Positions 57,152 through 64,000 of a DNA stretch of 64,000 bases are shown here, piece by piece. The translations under genes and the position numbers were made by a program. Source of the stretch: Ignavibacteriales bacterium (GTDB lineage Bacteria; Bacteroidota; Ignavibacteria; UBA10030); NCBI GenBank assembly GCA_016186715.1, contig JACPLA010000102.1, positions 15,631 through 79,630 on the forward strand, written 5' to 3'. Within the stretch, counting starts at the first letter, position 1; every line of letters begins with the position of its first letter. Under the pieces are notes generated by a model. The model saw nothing but the letters and a program-made list of their open reading frames with translations, did no database searches and was not told where the DNA came from.

Positions 57152-58321
57152 GTGATAGAACTCGACACCCTCAGTGACCGCGGCGCGAGAATTCGTGTCG
57201 TCGGTGTCGGCGGAGGAGGAGGAAACGCGCTCAATAGCATGATCGATAAAGGGCTAGCCGGCGTCGATTTCGTTGCTATCAATTGCGACCTCCAGGCTCT
57301 CGAGCGCAACAAGTCCGCCCACAAGCTCCAGATCGGCAGAAACTTGACCCGCGGGCTGGGTGCCGGCGCCGATCCCACGATCGGCCAGCGGGCCGTAGAA
57401 GAAGATCGCGAGGAAATTGCCCGGGCGATGTCCGGAAGCGATATGGTGTTTATCACCGCAGGTCTGGGTGGGGGAACCGGAACCGGGGGCGCCCCCGGCG
57501 TGGCCAATATCGCAAAGAGTCTTGGCGCCCTCGTCGTCGGCATCGTGACAAAGCCATTCAATAGCGAAGGGAAAAAACGAATGTCTCAGGCCGACTGGGG
57601 AATCGATGAGCTGAAGAAGCAGGTCGATACGTTGATTGTGATTCCGAATCAGAAGCTGCTGGATATCATTGATCGGCGCACCCCCCTGCTCGAGGCATTT
57701 GAAATCGCCAACCAGGTTCTCTGGAATGCTACACGCGGGATCTCCGAGGTCATCACGGTCCCCGGCCTCATCAACGTCGACTTCGCCGATGTCCGCACCA
57801 TTATGCGGGAGATGGGAGACGCGTTGATGGGAACTGGCGTCGCAAACGGCGAAAATCGCGCCGTCGAGGCTGCAAACTCCGCTATCTCCAGTCCCTTGCT
57901 CGAGGGCGTGTCGATCGCCGGAGCACAAGGAATTCTCGTCAACATTACCGGCGGGAAAGATCTGAGCTTGGTCGAAGTGGATGAAGCAACCAGCATTATC
58001 CACGAGGCGGCTGGCGACGAGGCAAACGTTATCCTTGGAACTGTGATCGATGAGAACATGACAGATGAGGTGATGGTCACCGTCATTGCAACGGGCTTCA
58101 ATAAGAAAGCCGCTGTGCAAAAACCGGTTAAGCCTGCGACGAAGCTGATGGAGAGAATTCCATCGGGTCCGTCGGATCTGCAGAAGCTTGACGAGCCGTC
58201 GTTCAAAAGGCGCGGAGTGGAATTACCCTTCAGCGCGCTGAAGGACAGCTCGGAAGAAAAGGAGAAGATTGACAAATCCGATCCTGATAAGCCGGCCTTT
58301 TTGCGGAAGATTATGGACTGA
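57152..58321 (+). CDS. ftsZ: Cell division GTPase FtsZ
   Basis: GVGGGGGNALNSM, the tubulin signature GGGTGTGGAP and NVDFADV. Confidence 0.95.
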   Translation: MIELDTLSDRGARIRVVGVGGGGGNALNSMIDKGLAGVDFVAINCDLQALERNKSAHKLQIGRNLTRGLGAGADPTIGQRAVEEDREEIARAMSGSDMVFITAGLGGGTGTGGAPGVANIAKSLGALVVGIVTKPFNSEGKKRMSQADWGIDELKKQVDTLIVIPNQKLLDIIDRRTPLLEAFEIANQVLWNATRGISEVITVPGLINVDFADVRTIMREMGDALMGTGVANGENRAVEAANSAISSPLLEGVSIAGAQGILVNITGGKDLSLVEVDEATSIIHEAAGDEANVILGTVIDENMTDEVMVTVIATGFNKKAAVQKPVKPATKLMERIPSGPSDLQKLDEPSFKRRGVELPFSALKDSSEEKEKIDKSDPDKPAFLRKIMD

Positions 58322-58461
58322 TCTCCGTCACGGCTTCCGGCTCCAATCCTTTCGATGCTCTCGGAGATTCGTCACGGTATGTCCTCCCTGCAACAGAGCC
58401 GCCGGAAGGATGAGGCCGGACAACGGCTCGTTTGATAGGGGAAGAAAGTGATGATGCTAGA

Positions 58462-58851
58462 ATGGTCGATACTAAAGAAGATGTAACAAAGCTTCCGGGA
58501 AAGAAGAAGTATTACCGGATCGGAGAGACCATTGTTCGCGAAGGAGAACCCAGCGAAGGCTGGTTTGTCCTTCTCAACGGCAGGGTGGGTGTGGTAAAGA
58601 AGGACCTTTCCATCACCGAGTTCGGCGAATCCGGGACGGTCTTCGGTGAACTTGGGTCCTTTCTCAAAATTCCCCGCACCGCAACCCTCCAAGCAATTGA
58701 ACCAACATCCCTCCTGTATGTTAACATGTCACTGGAGGATCTCGTTCTCAACCACCCCGATATCGCTCGAAAGATCATTCTGAGCCTCGCTGAGCGTGTT
58801 GCCCACACAACCGACGCCTGGTGGACAACGTCGCAGGAATTCCGACCCTGA
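58462..58851 (+). CDS. Stand-alone cyclic-nucleotide-binding (cNMP) domain protein, no DNA-binding domain
   Basis: YRIGETIVREGEPSEGWFVLLNGRVGVVKK…FGELGSFLKIPRTATLQAIEPTSLLYV is a Crp/PKA-type beta-roll with the FGE…R(T/S)A phosphate-binding cassette. It is 129 aa from the first in-frame ATG. Confidence 0.6.
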   Translation: MVDTKEDVTKLPGKKKYYRIGETIVREGEPSEGWFVLLNGRVGVVKKDLSITEFGESGTVFGELGSFLKIPRTATLQAIEPTSLLYVNMSLEDLVLNHPDIARKIILSLAERVAHTTDAWWTTSQEFRP

Positions 58852-58901
58852 CGTCGCCTGCTTTTCTTGTTTCTCTCCCGGTGTTTATCTAAATTCTTCC
58901 T

Positions 58902-59564
58902 GTGAAAGCGATTGTGATCGTGGTGTTCTCTCTACTCCCTTTCCTCCTCGTTGCCCAGCAACGCGTAGAAAGCCAATTCCGTATTACTCGCCTGAAATAC
59001 AGCGGCGGGGGTGATTGGTACAACGATCCCTCGGCGGAAGTAAACCTCCTGAAATTTATCAGGGAAAACACTTCCATCGATGTGGACCCGCGGTATGAGT
59101 TTCTGGACCTTTCGAGCGATCAGTTGTTCTCTGCACCCTTCCTCTTTCTGACCGGACATGGTAATGTGGTTTTCTCGGAATATGAAGTTCAGCGACTCAG
59201 AGAATATTTAGGTCGCGGCGGATTTCTGTACATCGATGATGACTACGGCTTGGACAAGGCGGTTCGGCGCGAAATGATGAAGGTATTTCCCGACCAGCAA
59301 CTTGTCGAACTCCCCTTCAGCTACGGACTTTTTCATTGCCATTATTCTTTTCCCAACGGCGTTCCGAAAATCCACGAACACGATAATAAGCCGGCTCAGG
59401 GATTCGGGTTGTTTTCTCAGGGCCGCCTTGCGGTGTTCTACACGTTTGAATCAAACCCGAGCGACGGCTGGGCCGACCCCGAAATCCACAATGACCCCGA
59501 ATTGGTCCGCCAAGAAGCATTACGGTTTGGAACAAACATTGTCGTTTGGGCGTTGACTCACTGA
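58902..59564 (+). CDS. DUF4159-like secreted protein (class-I glutamine-amidotransferase/ThuA-like fold)
   Basis: A GTG start and the signal peptide KAIVIVVFSLLPFLLVAQQ. RITRLKYSGGGDWYNDPSA…FLFLTGHGN…GGFLYIDDDYG matches my recollection of DUF4159. Confidence 0.5.
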   Translation: MKAIVIVVFSLLPFLLVAQQRVESQFRITRLKYSGGGDWYNDPSAEVNLLKFIRENTSIDVDPRYEFLDLSSDQLFSAPFLFLTGHGNVVFSEYEVQRLREYLGRGGFLYIDDDYGLDKAVRREMMKVFPDQQLVELPFSYGLFHCHYSFPNGVPKIHEHDNKPAQGFGLFSQGRLAVFYTFESNPSDGWADPEIHNDPELVRQEALRFGTNIVVWALTH

Positions 59565-59587
59565 GGGGAGGAGCCCAGCGAGAATCC

Positions 59588-62500
59588 ATGATGAACAACG
59601 CACACTCGATATCCGTAGAAATTCGCCGTCGGCTGGCAGGCGTACGCGGCCGATGGCTAAGGATAGGAGTGGTGTCCCAGGGGTTGATCTGGATCGCTCT
59701 CATTGTTTCCCTTTGGCTCTTTCTTACGCTCTCCGAAGCTGTTTTCCGATTCGACAGCTCGACGCGAACGGTTCTTGTCCTTGGTGGTATCGCATTCTCG
59801 GCCGTTGCTTTTATTTGGCTGGTTCTCCGTCCCCTGCTCCGGCTTGCCGGAGTACTGCGACCTCCGACCGACTCCGAGCTTGCGCGTCTGGTTGGCCGTT
59901 TCCTTCCGTCTGTCCGCGATCGCCTGCTAAATTTACTCCAACTCCATGAGGAAGCGTCGCGTGGAACTCTGTACTCCCCCGAACTCATTGATGCATCATT
60001 TGAGGATCTCTCGGGGGTCATTCAACCGCTGGATTTCCGGCAAGCCGTTGATTGGACTCCCGTTCGCCGGGCACGGTTGGTAGCGGGGGCAAGCGTTTTG
60101 ATAGCTCTGGTAACTGCTGCCCTTGTTCCTCTGTCATTCACGGACGCTGTCCGGCGCCTCGTTCTCTTCCATCAGGATTTCATACCGCCCCCGAGATTCA
60201 GTTTTCAAGTTTCCCCAGGAAATCAGGAAGTGCTCAAAGGCCAGACCGTCGCCATTATGGTCAAAGTCATTGCCGCTGAGGATTCTCCAATCGGCGATGA
60301 GCCGCTTTGGCTGCGTTGGCAGCCCGAGGGACAAACAGAATTCGAGGAACGAAAACTTCTCGCCGACTCTCTTGGTTTCTTTGCTACAGCCCTGGAAAAT
60401 CTTAAGAACAACACCGACTATTTCGCACAATACCAAAACGTCGAGAGCGAGCATTACACCCTTCTCGTCAGAGATCGACCTGTGATCCGTTCGCTGCAGG
60501 TGCGCCTTGATCATCCCGCTTATTCACAATTACCCCCAAAGATTCAGGACGAATTCGTTGGTGATGTTACGGCGCTCACAGGTACTGCGGTCAGCATCTC
60601 AGGGTCTTCGAGCAAAGAGCTTTCTCACGGGCTGCTCGTCTTTCACGAGGGAAAACCCGTACCGCTCGTCGTTCGCGGAACCCGCTTTTCCACGCGGTTT
60701 GTTCTGAAGACCGAAGGATCCTATCACATCGAGCTAAGGGATCTGGAGGACGTCACGAATTTTGAGCCCGTTTCCTACCGACTGACTGCCGTTCCCGATG
60801 CGGTTCCTTCCATCACTATTCTCCGGCCTGGAAGAAACCTCGATGTTGCCGGGGCATCTTCTCTGCCCATGCTGTTTCAGATCAAGGACGATTTCGGATT
60901 TTCCAGGATGCGCCTTGGGCACCGTCTCGCTCGTTCCCGCTACGAACCGGTCGCCAATGCACCCTCCTATCTCGACATCGATTTGCCGTCGTCTCCCTCG
61001 GCTGTTGCTGAGATTCCATATCTCTGGGACCTCTCTTCTCTTCACCTGGCACCCGAAGATGTTGTTGACTATTTTGCCGAAGTGTTTGACAACGATCGCG
61101 TCGGCGGACCAAAGCAATCCAGAACGCCCCTCTATACCCTTCGACTTCCCTCTTTGGAAGAGGTCTTTACCGACCTCGACCGGGAGCACCGGCAGACCAC
61201 CGAGCAGCTGACAAAGACGCTGCAAGCCGCCCGGGACCTGAAAGACCGGATTGAGTCCATCAGTCAGGACCTGAAAAAAAACAAACCCGTCGACTGGCAA
61301 CGGCAGAAGCAGATGGAGGAAACCGCACAGAAATACCGGGAGTTACAGTCAAAACTTGACGATGCCCGCCGACAGCTGGACGCGATCGTCGAGCAAATGC
61401 AGCAGCAGAAGGTGCTTTCCACGGAGACGTTGGAAAAGTACCTCGAACTCCAACAATTATTTGAACAGCTGGATTCGGCCGAACTTCAAAAGGCACTTCG
61501 GGAAATGCAACAGGCCTTACAGGCCCTCAACAAGCAACAGCTGCAACAGGCCCTTCAACAGGTCACCTTTTCAGAAGAACGCTTTCGTGAAAGTATCGAG
61601 CGCACTCTCGATCTTCTCAAGAGGATTCAAATCGAGCAAAAACTCGACGAGCTGAATAAGCGCGCACAGGAATTAACGCGCTTGCAGCAAGAATTACGCG
61701 AGGAGGGACGGCAGACCGAAGGAAATGCGGAGCGGCAGGAGGAGCTTGCCCGCCGACAGGAGGATCTGGCACAGAAACTCGATCGCCTGGAAGAAGCTGC
61801 CGAGGATGTTCAGAACCGGATGGAGGAGTTTTTCACAGAAATGCCCGAGCGTGAATTGCAGGAAGCAAACCGGCAGCTGCGGGAGAAACACCTTGGAGAA
61901 CGAATGAGGCAGGCAAGCCGCCAACTTCGTCAAAGTCAGTCTGCACAGGCCCAGCAAGCACAGCAGGGCGTACAACAGGATCTTCAACAATTCTCTGATC
62001 AACTGGGTGCCATCCAGATGCAAATGCTTCAGCAGCAGCAACAATTCGTGGTCAATGAACTCCGCAGGGCTATCAGCGATCTCCTTGAGCTCTCGAAACG
62101 TGAGGAGGCCCTGAAAGAGCAGTCAAGGAAAGCGCCATCAAATTCGCCACAACTTCGTCAGAATGCCCAGGAACAAATACGGGTCATTCAGGATCTCGGA
62201 AACATCATCTCGGCTCTTCAGGAATTGTCAAAGCGCTCGTTCGCGGTCACTCCGGCCATGGGAAGAGCTATTGGAGAAGCCCTCGCCCGGATGCAGAATT
62301 CCATGACTGCCCTTGAAACACGAACCGGCGCGGCGGCATCCCAGGAACAGGCCGCGGCGATGTCGGCACTGAACCAGGCGGCAATGCAGGTTCAGGGGGC
62401 GCTGCAATCTCTCCTCCAGTCAGGAGGCCAGGGCGGAGGCCTTATGGGCCAGCTGCAATCGCTTGCGGGCCAACAACTTGATCTCAACCTGAGAACACAG

Positions 62501-62950
62501 ACGCTTCAGGACGCCGCGCGGCTTGCCGTGGAACAGGAGGCTCTCCGGAAATCCCTCGAACAGTTGAACAACGAAGCACGGGCTGCGCAGGAGCAGCAGC
62601 GAATCCTCGGGGACCTGGATGTCATCGCCAAGGAAATGCAGGAGGTTGTCAGAAACCTTGAGCAAAACGAGGTGAACCCGGAAACGATCAGGAAGCAGGA
62701 AAGAATTCTCTCACGACTTCTGGACGCGGCGCGCTCGACCCGGGAGCGTGACTTCGAGAAGAAACGGAAATCGGAAACCGGAACTCAAATCGTCAGACGA
62801 AGCCCGGGAGAGCTTGATGCCGCTGCTCTTGAGGGACGAAATCGTTTGCGTGAGGATCTTCTGAAAGCACTTGAGCAGGGGTATTCCAAGGACTACCAGG
62901 AACTCATTCGGAAGTATTTCGAAGAGCTCCAGAAAATCGAAGATCGGTAA
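59588..62950 (+). CDS. Giant (1121 aa) membrane-anchored protein: 3 N-terminal TM helices, about 450-aa beta-rich domain, about 550-aa Gln/Glu/Leu-rich coiled coil (DUF4175-like?)
   Basis: The RBS GGGGAGGA precedes the ATG (MMNNAHS). The TM helices are at about aa 33-55, 65-90 and 170-188. From about aa 540 onward the sequence is heptad-like (…QQLQQALQQVTFSEERFRESIERTLDLLKRIQIEQKLDELNKRAQELTRLQQELREEGRQ…). Confidence 0.5.
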   Translation: MMNNAHSISVEIRRRLAGVRGRWLRIGVVSQGLIWIALIVSLWLFLTLSEAVFRFDSSTRTVLVLGGIAFSAVAFIWLVLRPLLRLAGVLRPPTDSELARLVGRFLPSVRDRLLNLLQLHEEASRGTLYSPELIDASFEDLSGVIQPLDFRQAVDWTPVRRARLVAGASVLIALVTAALVPLSFTDAVRRLVLFHQDFIPPPRFSFQVSPGNQEVLKGQTVAIMVKVIAAEDSPIGDEPLWLRWQPEGQTEFEERKLLADSLGFFATALENLKNNTDYFAQYQNVESEHYTLLVRDRPVIRSLQVRLDHPAYSQLPPKIQDEFVGDVTALTGTAVSISGSSSKELSHGLLVFHEGKPVPLVVRGTRFSTRFVLKTEGSYHIELRDLEDVTNFEPVSYRLTAVPDAVPSITILRPGRNLDVAGASSLPMLFQIKDDFGFSRMRLGHRLARSRYEPVANAPSYLDIDLPSSPSAVAEIPYLWDLSSLHLAPEDVVDYFAEVFDNDRVGGPKQSRTPLYTLRLPSLEEVFTDLDREHRQTTEQLTKTLQAARDLKDRIESISQDLKKNKPVDWQRQKQMEETAQKYRELQSKLDDARRQLDAIVEQMQQQKVLSTETLEKYLELQQLFEQLDSAELQKALREMQQALQALNKQQLQQALQQVTFSEERFRESIERTLDLLKRIQIEQKLDELNKRAQELTRLQQELREEGRQTEGNAERQEELARRQEDLAQKLDRLEEAAEDVQNRMEEFFTEMPERELQEANRQLREKHLGERMRQASRQLRQSQSAQAQQAQQGVQQDLQQFSDQLGAIQMQMLQQQQQFVVNELRRAISDLLELSKREEALKEQSRKAPSNSPQLRQNAQEQIRVIQDLGNIISALQELSKRSFAVTPAMGRAIGEALARMQNSMTALETRTGAAASQEQAAAMSALNQAAMQVQGALQSLLQSGGQGGGLMGQLQSLAGQQLDLNLRTQTLQDAARLAVEQEALRKSLEQLNNEARAAQEQQRILGDLDVIAKEMQEVVRNLEQNEVNPETIRKQERILSRLLDAARSTRERDFEKKRKSETGTQIVRRSPGELDAAALEGRNRLREDLLKALEQGYSKDYQELIRKYFEELQKIEDR

Positions 62951-62992
62951 GTAGGGATCCTTGTGGCCTTGGTCATTGTCCCATCTCTCTGA

Positions 62993-63226
62993 CTACTTTC
63001 TCGGAAGTACGAAATCCACTATTATTGGGATCTTCTCAGCTCCTTTGTCTTTCTCTCGGGCGACGGCGAGTACAAACTTGGCGGAGGCGAGTGCTCGAAG
63101 AACACTTTCATCACACCCTGCACCGATCCCCCTAATTATTGCCAATTCTTTGATGCTCCGGTTCTCGTCCACCACAGCTGAGGCGAACACAGTACCTTCA
63201 ATTCCGGCTCTCACGTGGGTACACAA
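62993..63226 (-). pseudogene. Second TonB C-terminal domain, displaced into the +1 frame relative to the upstream TonB_C ORF (frameshifted tandem-domain gene or sequencing indel)
   Basis: GIEGTVFASAVVDENRSIKELAIIRG…DESVLRALASAKF is a TonB_C core motif. Joining frames after …EIVYP gives YP-VRA-GIEGTV, which restores the canonical YPxxAxxxGIEGxV. Confidence 0.45.
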
Positions 63227-63677
63227 TTTCCTTCTTCATTTCCTCCGGACCGCGAAGAATGAATACCGTCGGTTTATCCACATTTTTCTTGATCGGACTA
63301 ACCTCAGTTCCCGTGAGTCTAAACCGAATCGGGATGACAAGTTTCACGTTGACCGCCTTGCCGTAGATTCTGCCCGGTTTGAATTTCGTCAACAGGATCG
63401 CAGCTGCCGCTGCTTCATCGACGTCCTCTCGTATGCCCCTGACGATCTTTGTGCGCATGACGTTACCCTGAGAGTCGATGAATGCCTCAACATACACAGT
63501 TCCTTGGATGCTGTCCCATCGAGCGGATTCGGGATACACAACATGTTGCTGAATGGCCATGATCCCGCCGACGGGCTCAGGCAGTTCCCGTGCGGAAACA
63601 TAGAAGTCCTTCTCGGTTTGCGAGAAAAGAAAAACCGGCATAAGGAAACATGCCGCAATCGTGAACTTAAGAATCAT
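63198..63677 (-). CDS. Secreted TonB C-terminal-domain protein
   Basis: The signal peptide MILKFTIAACFLMPVFLFSQ, then PEPVGGIMAIQQHVVYPESARWDSIQGTVYVEAFIDSQGNV…AAILLTKFKPG (TonB_C fold). Confidence 0.65.
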   Translation of the reverse strand: MILKFTIAACFLMPVFLFSQTEKDFYVSARELPEPVGGIMAIQQHVVYPESARWDSIQGTVYVEAFIDSQGNVMRTKIVRGIREDVDEAAAAAILLTKFKPGRIYGKAVNVKLVIPIRFRLTGTEVSPIKKNVDKPTVFILRGPEEMKKEIVYPRESRN

Positions 63678-63934
63678 GGTCTTTCTCCCTCGTTTGTTGC
63701 CGGATAGAGGCCCTGAACCTCAATGGTGGGCAGGCTCATGACATAGGTGACTTCCCTACTTTCGGAACCGATTCTTTTTTCCCAGTTAACAGCCATCGTA
63801 ACGAAGGCCGTGCTGATCACAATGAGCACGATAGCCGCAATGGCGACCGGAAGGGAAAGATGGATTTTCGCCTTTCGAACAGGGAAGCCCGTTGTCCGTT
63901 GTCTCGCCGCGTCTGTTGGGGCATCCCGAAGCAT
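63674..63934 (-). CDS. Small single-TM hypothetical protein, translationally coupled (ATGA overlap) to the TonB_C gene
   Basis: A basic N-terminus followed by the TM helix LSLPVAIAAIVLIVISTAFVTMAV, in an 86-aa protein. Confidence 0.3.
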   Translation of the reverse strand: MLRDAPTDAARQRTTGFPVRKAKIHLSLPVAIAAIVLIVISTAFVTMAVNWEKRIGSESREVTYVMSLPTIEVQGLYPATNEGERP

Positions 63935-64000
63935 TTCGTCATGGATCCGGAACCGTAGCTCAAGTACCGAATGGAGAAAGTGTCGACACTCTACGCACGT

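Noticed and set aside
57254-58120. 288-aa - strand ORF
   Set aside because: It is antisense to ftsZ, again Cys/Asp/Gln-rich nonsense.
1-64000. CRISPR arrays, tRNA/rRNA genes, IS/transposases, integrases
   Set aside because: No regularly spaced repeat-spacer arrays, tRNA-like cloverleaf candidates in spacers, or transposase/integrase-like ORFs were seen. The only foreign-looking DNA is the 0.8-kb TA islet, which lacks a recombinase.

Overview
This 64 kb, high-GC window looks like bacterial core chromosome, most likely from an FCB-group lineage (Bacteroidota/Ignavibacteriota/Rhodothermota-like). The lineage guess rests on DUF2851, DUF4159, a DUF4175-like giant protein and TPM pairs. Genes are densely packed with small or overlapping junctions and many TTG/GTG starts.

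Two conserved morphogenesis blocks dominate:
- A complete division and cell wall (dcw) cluster on the + strand (about 40.4-58.3 kb): mraZ-rsmH-ftsL-ftsI-murE-murF-mraY-murD-ftsW-murG-[unknown]-murC-murB-ftsQ-ftsA-ftsZ.
- The elongasome operon on the - strand (about 21.4-27.9 kb): mreB-mreC-[acyl-ACP desaturase]-mreD-mrdA-rodA, preceded by purH-purN.

The rest is housekeeping and envelope genes:
- secreted peptidases (S46 plus an M16 pair)
- two TauE/SafE exporters
- ldh, rsgA, an Fpg/Nei glycosylase, pyrF and dcd
- a TonB-dependent receptor, metallophosphoesterases, SDRs, an ArnT-like glycosyltransferase and two TPM-domain proteins

Non-core elements worth attention:
- a roughly 0.8 kb low-GC MazEF-like toxin-antitoxin islet with a palindromic operator
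- a soluble diiron acyl-ACP desaturase embedded inside the mre operon
- an unknown 2-TM gene interrupting the dcw cluster between murG and murC
- a module after ftsZ (cNMP-binding protein, DUF4159-like secreted protein, and a 1121-aa membrane-anchored coiled-coil protein)
- a frameshifted tandem TonB_C gene
- a mraZ control region with perfect DnaA boxes, a sigma70-like promoter and a three-fold MraZ-type GTGGGG repeat

No rRNA, tRNA, CRISPR array or transposase was recognised. All calls come from reading the supplied translations and sequence by eye; no database search was possible.
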